NCBI GenBank assembly: GCA_963742415.1
Contig: CAVULX010000004.1
Span: 832,001-896,000 of the forward strand
Direction of reading: 5' to 3'
Source: an uncultured Parachlamydiaceae bacterium
GTDB lineage: Bacteria > Chlamydiota > Chlamydiia > Chlamydiales > Parachlamydiaceae
DNA: 64,000 nt
This document shows positions 18,981 to 28,719 of the stretch, in pieces. A program made the position numbers and the translations under genes. Numbering within the stretch: the first letter of the stretch is position 1; every line of letters starts with the position of its first letter. The notes under the pieces were generated by a model that was given only the letters and a program-made list of their open reading frames with translations, was not told the DNA's origin and ran no database searches.

Positions 18981-19901
18981 GTGAAAAAACGGATTGCAAT
19001 AATGGCAGCAGGCTTACTATTGTCCTGCACTGCGCTGAAAGCTGATTACGATTTGGATGATGCTAGCTCGCTTAACATCGAAAATGCGACGTCACAACAA
19101 CAAAATCAATTTACTTTAAAAGGATCCGGAGACTACATATGCAAAGCTAAATTTAAGGAAGATACCCCAGGTCATATTATTTTCGCCCATGCTGAAGGTG
19201 AGTTTGACGCAGTCGTTTGGTATAATGAGCAATGCCAAGAGGGTGTCAAAGTTTCGTTAGCCTATGAATACTCCAGACTCGATTGGGATGACAATTTTTT
19301 CTTTGAGCGAAAAAATTATAATACAGCAGCGATCTCAGCAACATATTTCACACACCGCCTCACCCATTGGCGCTGGATCGCTTCTGCCGATATTAATCTA
19401 GACGCAGATAAGTGGGATTTCAATGACTACACAACCTATGATATGTTGCTATGGGGCCGTTATCAATATTGTTGCAATTGGGGTTTCCACTTTGGGATTT
19501 ATGCAGAAACAGGCATGAAGCTCGATCTCGTCTTGCCCGTCCTCGGATTCGATTGGCAAATCTGCGATGGACTCCTCCTTTCAGCAGTATTTCCCGTTAA
19601 CATGTCTCTTTTGTACACAATTGATGAGAACTGGTCAGTAGCGATAGCAGGGAGGGTTTTTAGCGACCGGCACCGTGCCGGGAAAGAGGGATTATATGAA
19701 AAAGCCCTCTGGCGTTATTCTAATGGAGGAATCGAGGGTGATATCAATTATAATATCTGTGATTGGTTAACAGCTAATGTTCACGCAGGTTATGCTTTTG
19801 GAGGCAAATTAAGAATTTCAAGCCGCCACAACCATCACGTCCATCATGAACGGTTCAAAGGCGCACCCTATGCCGGCGGAGCCATAGCCTTTAACTTCTA
19901 A
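18981..19901 (+). CDS. Probable outer-membrane beta-barrel protein
   Basis: Signal peptide, aromatic-rich alternating beta strands, C-terminal Phe (YAGGAIAFNF); GGAGAGG RBS. Confidence 0.7.
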   Translation: MKKRIAIMAAGLLLSCTALKADYDLDDASSLNIENATSQQQNQFTLKGSGDYICKAKFKEDTPGHIIFAHAEGEFDAVVWYNEQCQEGVKVSLAYEYSRLDWDDNFFFERKNYNTAAISATYFTHRLTHWRWIASADINLDADKWDFNDYTTYDMLLWGRYQYCCNWGFHFGIYAETGMKLDLVLPVLGFDWQICDGLLLSAVFPVNMSLLYTIDENWSVAIAGRVFSDRHRAGKEGLYEKALWRYSNGGIEGDINYNICDWLTANVHAGYAFGGKLRISSRHNHHVHHERFKGAPYAGGAIAFNF

Positions 19902-19904
19902 TCA

Positions 19905-19950
19905 CAAAAAAATGGAAGCCAAGCTTTAAAGAGCTTAGGCTTCCACTATT
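19905..19950. terminator. Likely intrinsic terminator between convergent genes
   Basis: TGGAAGCC-AAGCT...AGCTT-A-GGCTTCCA stem preceded by an A-run (a U-tract on the minus strand). Confidence 0.65.
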
Positions 19951-19961
19951 CAATTTGCTGT

Positions 19962-20471
19962 TCAATAGCTAACGATTGGATCTATTACGACGTGAACACG
20001 TGACCCCTTAAATTTATTCAAAATAGAGGTGAGTGTACCCTTCTCATTTGCTGGCATTACTACACCACGGTGAAGAGTTATGTTAAAATCATTTGCTTTA
20101 GCTAGATCCAATTCGATTTTACCCCATTTAGCCCACCCAGCAACTTCCGGTATTGTAATTAAGGTAAGCATCACTTTGCCATGATTTAGTGTGGCAGGTA
20201 ATACCAGAGTCACCGGCTTTGTTTCCAAGAACCTTACAGTTGTTTGATTATTTTCGATCCCTTTGAATTCTTCTTTATCTGCGCCTGGCACTAGAGCTAT
20301 ACTAACATCGGAAAATGCATCATCATTGATAAAATTCAGTTGAACTTCAATTTTAGGCTGCTCTGCTCCAGTAGAATGAGCAGCCTCCTGTCTAGCCTCT
20401 TGACTATGCACAACAGTAAAGCACAGCACAGCAAAAGCAATTACAAAAAAAGACAAACATAATTTTAGCAT
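19962..20471 (-). CDS. Hypothetical exported protein
   Basis: Signal peptide; GGAGG RBS upstream. Confidence 0.7.
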   Translation of the reverse strand: MLKLCLSFFVIAFAVLCFTVVHSQEARQEAAHSTGAEQPKIEVQLNFINDDAFSDVSIALVPGADKEEFKGIENNQTTVRFLETKPVTLVLPATLNHGKVMLTLITIPEVAGWAKWGKIELDLAKANDFNITLHRGVVMPANEKGTLTSILNKFKGSRVHVVIDPIVSY

Positions 20472-20606
20472 ACAGCGCCTCCTTGTTACTTAATGCTAAC
20501 AAAAAAAATAATTGTGAATTATTAGAGTCCTCTTACAAAAATTATAACTAAAAAAATTAATTACCTGCAAATAACCTCTTTAAAATTTAGAGTAAAAAAA
20601 CGTAAG

Positions 20607-21512
20607 CTATTGATTCTGAATAAGGTATCTTTTAAGAGCCTCTTGAAGGAGAGGTGTTTCAAACTGGTAGCCCGATTGAGTGAGTTTGGCAGGGGCAACC
20701 CGTGCGCTGGCTAATACAACCTCATCGGCCATTTCACCAAACGCCAGCTTAGCCAAAAAAGCGGGCATAGAAACAAAGGTGGGACGATGCAATATTGCGC
20801 CCAAAACTTTGGTAAACTCTAAATTAGTCACCGGATTGGGCGACACCACGTTAAGAGGCCCGTGTAATTCTGAATGCTCCAAAATATAAGAAACAATTTT
20901 TTCCACCTCGTACAATGCCACCCAGCTCATATACTGTTTTCCTGAACCTATTTCTCCCCCCAAACCAAGCTTAAAAGGCAAAAGCATCTGTTTTAAGGCT
21001 CCTCCTTTGGATGAAAGAACCGCTCCAAACCGCAAGCAAACCACCCTGATCCCCATTTGTTCTGCTCGTAAGGCTTCTTTTTCCCATTCACAACATACGT
21101 TAGCAAGGAAATTGTCTCCAGCCGGGCTTTCTTCCGTCAGCCACTCGTCTCCCCTATCTCCATAATAACCTATGGCCGACGCATTCAAAAAAACTTTGGG
21201 GGGACGGCTCATCTTACCCATCGCTTCAACAAGCAGACGAGTAATTTGTATTCGGCTTTGAAGGATCTTTTGTTTAACCTTCATGTTCCACCGATGAGCA
21301 AAAATATTTTCTCCACTTAAATTAATCACAGCATCGGCTCCGGTTAACACCGCAGGATCAAGCTGCCCTTGAAAGGGATCCCAAAAGGCGCACTCTTCCC
21401 CTGCAAAGGGGAGCCTTCGCACAAGTTTTTTTACATTCCAAAGACGATCTTTGAAATTGGCCTCTAAGGCTTGTCCAATGAGCCCTGATCCGCCGGACAA
21501 AACGATTTGCAT
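20607..21512 (-). CDS. TIGR01777-type NAD-dependent epimerase/oxidoreductase
   Basis: SGGSGLIG, INLSGENI, ASAIGYYG, WE, LRFGAVL, GSGKQYMSW. Confidence 0.9.
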   Translation of the reverse strand: MQIVLSGGSGLIGQALEANFKDRLWNVKKLVRRLPFAGEECAFWDPFQGQLDPAVLTGADAVINLSGENIFAHRWNMKVKQKILQSRIQITRLLVEAMGKMSRPPKVFLNASAIGYYGDRGDEWLTEESPAGDNFLANVCCEWEKEALRAEQMGIRVVCLRFGAVLSSKGGALKQMLLPFKLGLGGEIGSGKQYMSWVALYEVEKIVSYILEHSELHGPLNVVSPNPVTNLEFTKVLGAILHRPTFVSMPAFLAKLAFGEMADEVVLASARVAPAKLTQSGYQFETPLLQEALKRYLIQNQ

Positions 21513-21631
21513 GCTACTCCATCAAAATTAAATATGATGCTTTGCGAAATATCAAATAAAGGGTTAAGATATAACCATTGTTAGTGCTACGTTAACATTA
21601 AAACAAATAATTATTTTAAAACAGGGAAACA

Positions 21632-21931
21632 ATGCCTTCTCTCGATAAAAAAACCATTGCAAACTTGACGCAACTTAGCCGGATCGAATGCTCAGCGGAA
21701 GAGCAGGAAAAATTATTAAAAGATTTCCAAAGCATTTTGGCTTATATCGAACTCCTCCAAGAAGTGGATACCTCCCAAACTCATCCATGTGATCACCTCT
21801 TGGAAGGAATTGTCAATGTCATGCGCGAGGATAATATTGGAACCATCCTCCCTCGGGATGTTTTTTTATCCAATGTTCCTCAACATTCAGGAGGCTATGT
21901 AAAAATTCCCCCAGTCTTAAAACAAGCATAA
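21632..21931 (+). CDS. gatC: Asp/Glu-tRNA amidotransferase subunit C
   Basis: LSRI..., MRED, VKIPPVL; first gene of gatCAB. Confidence 0.9.
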   Translation: MPSLDKKTIANLTQLSRIECSAEEQEKLLKDFQSILAYIELLQEVDTSQTHPCDHLLEGIVNVMREDNIGTILPRDVFLSNVPQHSGGYVKIPPVLKQA

Positions 21932-21953
21932 TTTACAACTTCACAGGATTCAA

Positions 21954-23408
21954 ATGCATAAACTAACAGCTCTGGAGCTTCGAAATAAATTCCATCGAGG
22001 GGAAGTCTCAGCAGTTACCATCGCGAAGTATTTTCTTGATCGAATCGACAAGCTGGATCCCCAAATTGGCGCCTTTTTGCATGTTTTACATAACCGCGCC
22101 TTGCAAAAAGCAGAAGCGCTGGATGAGAAAAAAAAACGGGGTGAATCCCTCGGCAAATTAGCCGGCATCCCCGTGGCCATTAAAGACAATATCCACATCA
22201 AGGGGGAAATCTCCACTTGCGGATCAAAATTTCTTACCAATTTCAGAGCCCCTTTCGAAGCGACCGTCGTTCACTGGCTTGAAAAGGAAGATGCCCTTAT
22301 TTTCGGTAAAACAAACATGGATGAGTTTGCCATGGGATCCTCTACGGAAAATTCAGCTTTCAAAAAAACACGCAATCCGTGGAATTTAAAATGTACACCT
22401 GGAGGCTCTTCAGGAGGATCCGCTGCTGCGGTTGCGGCCCGTCTTTGCCTTTTGGCTTTAGGCAGTGATACAGGAGGGTCGATCCGCCACCCCGCAGCAT
22501 TTTGCGGCATTTCTGGCTTTAAACCCACTTATGGAAGAGTTTCCCGTTTTGGCTTAGTGGCTTATGGCTCTTCCCTGGATCAAATTGGACCCTTTGCCAC
22601 CAACACAGCCGATGCGGCTCTTGCGATGGAGGTCATCGGACGCCATTGTGAGAAAGATTCCACGAGTTTGAACGAGCCCGCTGAAGATTATTTAATCCAT
22701 CTACAACAGCCTATGAAAGACTTAAAAATCGGGGTGCCTTGGCAGTTTTTAGAGCAGCTAGCTCCTCAATCGAAACAGATTTTTAATGAAGCTTTAGAAG
22801 TTTATAAAAAGCAAGGAGCGGAAATCCTCGATGTCGACTTAAGCATTTTGAAATATTCCATTGCTGTCTATTACATCCTTGCTACCGCCGAAGCTTCGAC
22901 CAATTTAGCTCGTTTTGATGGGATCCGTTACGGAGTTCGTTCACCGCGCGCAAAAACTTTGGATGAGGTCTATGACATGTCTAAGGAGGAGGGATTTGGC
23001 CCGGAAGTAAAACGGAGGATCCTTTTAGGCACTTATGTGCTTTCCGCAGGATATCAAGATGCCTACTATAAAAAGGCCCAAAAAGTCCGCACACTAATCA
23101 TCCAAGCCTTTAAAAACTCTTTTCAAAAATGCCATCTTGTCGCGATGCCGGTGGCTCCTTTTCCAGCATTTGAAATAGGCGCCATCCAAGATCCTCTGCA
23201 AATGTATCTCATGGATATTTATACCATCGCCGCCAACTTAGCAGGATTGCCAGCAATAAGCATCCCTTGCGGCTTTTTTTCTGATGGCAAACCGATGGGA
23301 TTGCAACTGATTGGCCCCCAGAAGCACGACAGGCACGTTATCCATGCGGCGCATGCTTTCGAACAGGCAACGCACTATCACCAAGCCCTCCCGGAACTCG
23401 CGAAATAG
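21954..23408 (+). CDS. gatA: Asp/Glu-tRNA amidotransferase subunit A
   Basis: Amidase signature GKTNMDEFAMGSS, PGGSSGGSA, GSDTGGSIR, NLARFDGIRYG. Confidence 0.97.
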   Translation: MHKLTALELRNKFHRGEVSAVTIAKYFLDRIDKLDPQIGAFLHVLHNRALQKAEALDEKKKRGESLGKLAGIPVAIKDNIHIKGEISTCGSKFLTNFRAPFEATVVHWLEKEDALIFGKTNMDEFAMGSSTENSAFKKTRNPWNLKCTPGGSSGGSAAAVAARLCLLALGSDTGGSIRHPAAFCGISGFKPTYGRVSRFGLVAYGSSLDQIGPFATNTADAALAMEVIGRHCEKDSTSLNEPAEDYLIHLQQPMKDLKIGVPWQFLEQLAPQSKQIFNEALEVYKKQGAEILDVDLSILKYSIAVYYILATAEASTNLARFDGIRYGVRSPRAKTLDEVYDMSKEEGFGPEVKRRILLGTYVLSAGYQDAYYKKAQKVRTLIIQAFKNSFQKCHLVAMPVAPFPAFEIGAIQDPLQMYLMDIYTIAANLAGLPAISIPCGFFSDGKPMGLQLIGPQKHDRHVIHAAHAFEQATHYHQALPELAK

Positions 23409-23417
23409 GAGAAACGT

Positions 23418-24881
23418 ATGACACAACATCCAGCCTGGGAAACCATTATTGGTTTAGAAATTCATGCGGAGCTCAACACCAAATCGAAACTATTTAGTGC
23501 AGCCCCCAACCATTTTGGCGATGAACCAAATACAAATATTACAGAAGTATGCACAGGGAAGCCTGGCGCCCTCCCCGTGCTCAATAAGGAAGCGGTAAAA
23601 AAGGCTGTGCAACTCGGTTGCGCCTTGAATGCAAAAATTGCCAAATTCAGCAAGTTTGACAGGAAGTCATATTTTTATCCTGACAGCCCCCGCAATTTTC
23701 AGATCACCCAGTATGATCAACCGATTGTTATTGGAGGATCTGTCATTGCCGAGGTTGATGGGATCGAAAAAACATTTCACATCAACCGGATCCATCTAGA
23801 AGATGATGCGGGAATGTTGAAACACTATCCCCAATTTGCCGCTGTCGACTATAACCGTGCAGGAGTTCCCCTCGTTGAGATTGTATCAGAGCCCTGCATC
23901 CACAGTCCAAGGGAAGCTGTCTCGTATGCAATGGCTGTCAAAGCCATCCTTCAGTATATCGATGCAAGCGACTGCAACATGGAAGAAGGATCACTGCGAG
24001 TCGATGCCAATATCTCCGTCCGGTTGGCCGGAGAAAAAGGACTTCGCAATAAGATTGAAATCAAGAACATGAATTCTTTCAGCAACATGGAGATGGCGCT
24101 AGAAGCGGAAATCAAACGACAAATCCGAGAATATACGAGACATTCGGACAAACCTCCCCATGAAGTCGTTTCCCAAGCTACCTACCGCTGGGATCCAGAA
24201 AAGAAAGAAACCGTGCTTATGAGACGGAAAGAATATGCGGATGATTACCGCTATTTTCCAGAACCTGATCTCGTTCCCATTGTTCTTACAGATGCTTACA
24301 TTGAAGAAATTAAGGCTCACCTCCCTGAATTGCCTTTAGAGCGGGAACGCCGTTATATCAAAGAATTAGGACTCCCCTCCGACAGCGCCTTTTTCATAGT
24401 CAGCGACAAATCCCTCGCCGATTATTTTGAAAAGGGGTTAGAGCAATGTTCAAATGCCCGTAGCTTGTGTAATTGGATTATTGTCGAATTTGCAGGGCGC
24501 TATAAGGATACAGGAGAGAGTCTGGTAACTTCAGGGATTTCTCCTGAAAATGTAGGCAAATTAGTTAATCTCATCGATAGTGGAAAAATCACGGGCAAAA
24601 TTGCCAAAGCCGTAGCCGATGAAATGGTGGCAAGTCCTAGTAAAGATTGTGAGCAGATTGTCGCTGAAAATCCCGATTTTCAGCCTGTGCATGACAAAGA
24701 GGAAATCGAGAAGCTAGTCGACCAAGTTTTAAGTGCTAACCCCCAGTCGATCATCGACTATAAAGCGGGGCGTGACAAGGCTTTTGCTTTCCTTGTAGGA
24801 CAAGTGATGAAAATGTCACGAGGAAAAGCTTCTCCACAATTAGTGAATGATTTATTAAAGGAAAAAATAAAAAACAATTAA
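23418..24881 (+). CDS. gatB: Asp/Glu-tRNA amidotransferase subunit B
   Basis: IGLEIH, FDRKSYFYPD, HLEDDAG, DYRYFPEPD. Confidence 0.97.
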   Translation: MTQHPAWETIIGLEIHAELNTKSKLFSAAPNHFGDEPNTNITEVCTGKPGALPVLNKEAVKKAVQLGCALNAKIAKFSKFDRKSYFYPDSPRNFQITQYDQPIVIGGSVIAEVDGIEKTFHINRIHLEDDAGMLKHYPQFAAVDYNRAGVPLVEIVSEPCIHSPREAVSYAMAVKAILQYIDASDCNMEEGSLRVDANISVRLAGEKGLRNKIEIKNMNSFSNMEMALEAEIKRQIREYTRHSDKPPHEVVSQATYRWDPEKKETVLMRRKEYADDYRYFPEPDLVPIVLTDAYIEEIKAHLPELPLERERRYIKELGLPSDSAFFIVSDKSLADYFEKGLEQCSNARSLCNWIIVEFAGRYKDTGESLVTSGISPENVGKLVNLIDSGKITGKIAKAVADEMVASPSKDCEQIVAENPDFQPVHDKEEIEKLVDQVLSANPQSIIDYKAGRDKAFAFLVGQVMKMSRGKASPQLVNDLLKEKIKNN

Positions 24882-24926
24882 AATAAATAATAAATAACGT
24901 AAGTTGCAAATAATTAAATTTATTGT

Positions 24927-24987
24927 CTCTCTGTGAACTCTGTGGTTGAATTTTAATAAACCACAGAGATAACAGAGAACACAGAGG
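24927..24987. repeat. Inverted pair of the 9-nt-periodic repeat (CTCTGTG arm first)
   Basis: CTCTCTGTGAACTCTGTGGTT...AACCACAGAGATAACAGAGAACACAGAG after gatB. Confidence 0.8.
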
Positions 24988-25074
24988 TTTTTTAAACTTG
25001 ATTACACTCAGTAATTTTCAACTTATATTAAATAGGGTGTAAATAAATAATATATACCACGACATGGCGATTTT

Positions 25075-25563
25075 ATGAACGGTACCCCTCCTGGCTCCCC
25101 TACTTTGGGTGAATTTATTTCCACATCTTTTAATGTCTTTTCCGCAAGTGTAAATTTATTGCAAGCAGCTAAAAAAACGGCTTTGGAAGCTAAAGCTTTT
25201 ATCAAAATCCAATACGATTACGTTAAAGCCAATGATGAAAAACTGCATCGGATCTGGCTGGCCGCAGTTTCCCTTCTTTTGCTCTATCTAGGTGGCTTTT
25301 GGGGGGTTATAAGTTTCTCGGTATCCACAGCGGGAGCCGTTTTTTTAAAAGACCATATCCGTATTACCATTCCGAAAATTCAATTAATGTGGCAAGAGTC
25401 CAAGCTTTCACGCGCGGCGGTTTTTACTGGCTGTTTTCTGTTTGCTTTTCGCTATCCATGGGTTACAGCTTGCACCCTCTTTGGAATCTATGTTGCTGAT
25501 ATGATTGTTCAACCTCAAAGAAGCTTGCAAGAAAGGGATCATGCTCATCCTGATTCCACTTGA
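25075..25563 (+). CDS. Hypothetical membrane protein, Inc-like candidate
   Basis: P/S/T-rich N-terminus and two bilobed hydrophobic segments. Confidence 0.55.
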   Translation: MNGTPPGSPTLGEFISTSFNVFSASVNLLQAAKKTALEAKAFIKIQYDYVKANDEKLHRIWLAAVSLLLLYLGGFWGVISFSVSTAGAVFLKDHIRITIPKIQLMWQESKLSRAAVFTGCFLFAFRYPWVTACTLFGIYVADMIVQPQRSLQERDHAHPDST

Positions 25564-26057
25564 CGAAGCAAAGATTCCCGAGCCATTTGAGCTTGCTGTT
25601 TCAATTCGGCATATTCGTCTTTATCTTGTGCGTATTCCAGAGCTAAATCCAGTGCATGAAGCGCATTTTCCCTTTCATGAATAGCATATAAACATTTTGC
25701 AAGATAAAAATAAGAAACGGGATTATCTAATTCGCAAATGGCTGCCATTTCATAGGCATCGATGGCTATTTCAAAGTTTTTGCACAATTGAGTTGCCATA
25801 CCTAAGCCCAACCAAAAATCATGGTTGAAAGGATTCAAAGTCGTAAGAAATAAAAAAGCATTGGCCGCATCCGCAAAGCGTTTATCCTCAAAGAGATGAT
25901 AAGCAGCCCTATAAAATCTAGCCATGGTCTCATTGGAAAAACCTAGAATTTCTTGTGCAGTTTTGCCTTCAGATAGATCTTTCTTTAAAGCTTTTTTTCG
26001 CCTTAATTTATTTTGGAATTCTTTAAACCCTTTAAATTCATCGAGCTTATTTTTCAT
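25545..26057 (-). CDS. SycD/LcrH-family type III secretion TPR chaperone
   Basis: QEILGFS.ETM..FY..AY.L, A..AF.FL..LNP....FWLGLG, A..AY..A TPR pattern. Confidence 0.85.
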   Translation of the reverse strand: MKNKLDEFKGFKEFQNKLRRKKALKKDLSEGKTAQEILGFSNETMARFYRAAYHLFEDKRFADAANAFLFLTTLNPFNHDFWLGLGMATQLCKNFEIAIDAYEMAAICELDNPVSYFYLAKCLYAIHERENALHALDLALEYAQDKDEYAELKQQAQMARESLLRQVESG

Positions 26058-26242
26058 ATTTTACCTTTTAATAAGGTATATACTTTTATTTTATAATAAT
26101 TTCTAATTAATGTAATTAACAAGCAACTAACTGAGGCTTCAAATCTGGCTGATAAGATCAAATGATGATAGCTTTTCGGAGTGCGACTGCTTGCAACCAC
26201 AGGGATTGCAAGCAATCGTTTTTTAGCATGAGGTTATTACTT

Positions 26243-28057
26243 TTACATCGTTTTCTCAAGGTTAGCATAGGACGGTGGTGTTGTAACCGGTGGATTAGAA
26301 AGATCCACAACCGGATTAAATACAGTTGGGTTAGTAGGAGAAGAATAATTGTTTGTAAAGTTAAGACCATTACCCACGGCCATGTTCCGAACAAACACAT
26401 TTCGTCCGGTTGGCAAATAACAAGCTCCCCCTGAGAAGAGAAAACCTGCACTATAGGCACCAATAAAACCGTTTCTTCCGGTTCCATTTGCAATAGCTTG
26501 ACAATCTTCAACTACAGTATCGGTGCCAAAGAGAATTGCAATACCTGCATTCACACAATTTTCGGCAATGCAATTTACTAATTTTAACCTTGAAGCGAAT
26601 GTAATAAATCCGATTCCCTGTTGAAAGATGGGTGGTGTGGGTTGTTGAATGATATTCCTTCCTGTGCAATCTTGTAAGATAACATCCGTTGCAAGGAACA
26701 CAACAAAAGCGAATGCTTGTTGTGTATCAAAATGGAGCACGGGTGTCGGACCATTATTGTCTGAGCCATCACAACGTCTGAAATCGCAATAGGTTCCATA
26801 AGCAAAATCAAATCCATTATCTGTCCAATATTTGGTGATGCAATCCCAAACGGTGACGCGGTTGGTTCCTTCAAAATTGAAAGGAATTTGAGAGCCAAAT
26901 CCAACACAATTTTTAACCACAATATTGTTTGAGAAGATAGCGGAAACCACAGCGGAAGTTTCAGCCCAATCTGCGGCTGTCTCGATCACACTTGATGCCA
27001 TCACACAGCCTTCAATTTCCGCATCGTTAACATTGACTAGGTACACTCCAAATTGTCCCACAGATGTATATGCCGCACAATTTTTCACGCGGATGTTATT
27101 AGACGAATTTTCTTGAAATGTTGAGAAGGCAGCGAATCCACCACGGTGAGTGCCTTCAACTCCTCCCACCTTGTCCAATGGATATTGGTTTCCACATTCA
27201 AAACCTACACAATTATTCACCAATACATCTTGAATAGGTTGAGGGGCTCCGATACCAATAAAGACTTGATTAAAAATCACGTTTTTTATGATGACCCCTT
27301 GAGTACCAGATTGTAGCCCAATCCCAACACCTGAAAACGGATTATTGGTTCCAAATGGATTTTGATATTGAGTAGTCAAAATAGCTTGTGCTTGTGTCAC
27401 AGCTTCATCCATATTTTGCGGAGGATTTGCAGGGCAGTGTATTGTATTACCACCCAGGCAAAAATCATAATTGCCACCTGCTGGACAAAATGGCGTTGTG
27501 CAGGGATTTTGACAGCAAGTTATACCTGAAATGGCGGGTTGACATAATAACCCGCTAAAAGCCAATCCCCCGGTAGGTACCGTGGGTTGTATGTGAGAAG
27601 GAGCACCGCTGTTTTTAATGGTCATATCAGCAATGACAACATTGGTCGCATTTTGAAGTAAAATACCCGTTCCTGCTTGGCCTCCCAAATCAAGACGATA
27701 ACCTTGTCCATCGATAATGACTCCTGAAGCTGCAACAGTGATGGCTGCACCAGATCCAGTATAATTTAAATCTTTACAGAATTTATAATTGCCCGGGCTC
27801 GAGATGACGTAAGGAACCTTATTAATACAAGTTGCATTTGGTGCATCCATCGTTGGATCTGGATCAATTTCAGCAACTCTTTCAGCAACTCTCGCCCTTT
27901 TTTTGACTTCTTTCTTGACAGAATGCAGACTATCTTTCAAACCCAAAATCTTCTTTTCTGCAATAGCCTGGCGCATATACGAAGAAAATTTTTCATCTCC
28001 ATGCACCTTCATGAAGCATAAAAGAAAAAAAGAGACCACCAGTAACTTTTTTAACAT
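26243..28057 (-). CDS. Secreted right-handed parallel beta-helix repeat protein with Cys-rich insert
   Basis: ATG 28057 with GGAGG RBS and signal peptide; PYVISSPGNY...AAITV...VIIDGQGY start motif; repeated V.v.nC beta-helix rungs. Confidence 0.75.
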   Translation of the reverse strand: MLKKLLVVSFFLLCFMKVHGDEKFSSYMRQAIAEKKILGLKDSLHSVKKEVKKRARVAERVAEIDPDPTMDAPNATCINKVPYVISSPGNYKFCKDLNYTGSGAAITVAASGVIIDGQGYRLDLGGQAGTGILLQNATNVVIADMTIKNSGAPSHIQPTVPTGGLAFSGLLCQPAISGITCCQNPCTTPFCPAGGNYDFCLGGNTIHCPANPPQNMDEAVTQAQAILTTQYQNPFGTNNPFSGVGIGLQSGTQGVIIKNVIFNQVFIGIGAPQPIQDVLVNNCVGFECGNQYPLDKVGGVEGTHRGGFAAFSTFQENSSNNIRVKNCAAYTSVGQFGVYLVNVNDAEIEGCVMASSVIETAADWAETSAVVSAIFSNNIVVKNCVGFGSQIPFNFEGTNRVTVWDCITKYWTDNGFDFAYGTYCDFRRCDGSDNNGPTPVLHFDTQQAFAFVVFLATDVILQDCTGRNIIQQPTPPIFQQGIGFITFASRLKLVNCIAENCVNAGIAILFGTDTVVEDCQAIANGTGRNGFIGAYSAGFLFSGGACYLPTGRNVFVRNMAVGNGLNFTNNYSSPTNPTVFNPVVDLSNPPVTTPPSYANLEKTM

Positions 28058-28276
28058 GATCGACCCTCCAATGTTTGGATGTTTAATGAAATATGCCAAT
28101 AAAAAAAAGTGTATAAAGGAAAAAAATAATTTACGAAAATATTTTTATCGCAGAAGGGTTTTTATACCTGTATAGTTGCAGCCGCCTTGAATTTTATAAT
28201 TTTTAGTTATACCCAAACAACTTGTCTCAGTTTCTAGGGTTTCCTGCGGCGCTCCGTGTGACATTCATGTTGCAGC

Positions 28277-28714
28277 ATGAGGGGAAATTTAATATATTGT
28301 AATAAAAAAATATGTAGGATTCATATGCATGTGAATTCAAGCACAAACACGCAACCAATTACTTATAATCCGGTTCCTCGCACAAAAGTTGAAATCTTGC
28401 AGTATCTGGTCTCCCGAATCGCCCTTGCTGCTCTTAACATATATGCAATTTGGCTCGCTTCAGGTCCTTGGAGCATCGGTTTTTTTGTAGGTTTTTTGTT
28501 TCATGAAGAAATAAAAAACCGTGTAACTGACTTATTTTCAATTCTTAACTGGAAAATTATGATCCCAACTGCAGGTTTTCTCTATTGGCTTTCCCTCCCT
28601 TATATAGTTACCATGCAGATAGCTTTGGCTGGTGCTGACATGGGAAGCAGACTAGCACTGACAGCCAAAAACCATAAAGGGAGCTTGATGAATTTAATCT
28701 GGTTTAAAGGATAG
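28277..28714 (+). CDS. Hypothetical membrane protein, Inc-like candidate (likely start MHVNSS at 28325)
   Basis: S/T/N/P-rich N-terminus plus two hydrophobic hairpins. Confidence 0.55.
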   Translation: MRGNLIYCNKKICRIHMHVNSSTNTQPITYNPVPRTKVEILQYLVSRIALAALNIYAIWLASGPWSIGFFVGFLFHEEIKNRVTDLFSILNWKIMIPTAGFLYWLSLPYIVTMQIALAGADMGSRLALTAKNHKGSLMNLIWFKG

Positions 28715-28719
28715 GTTAT

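Noticed and set aside
28160..28280. Possible structured RNA in the divergent intergenic region (GTTGCAGC occurs twice)
   Set aside because: No convincing extended pairing or recognisable family motif.
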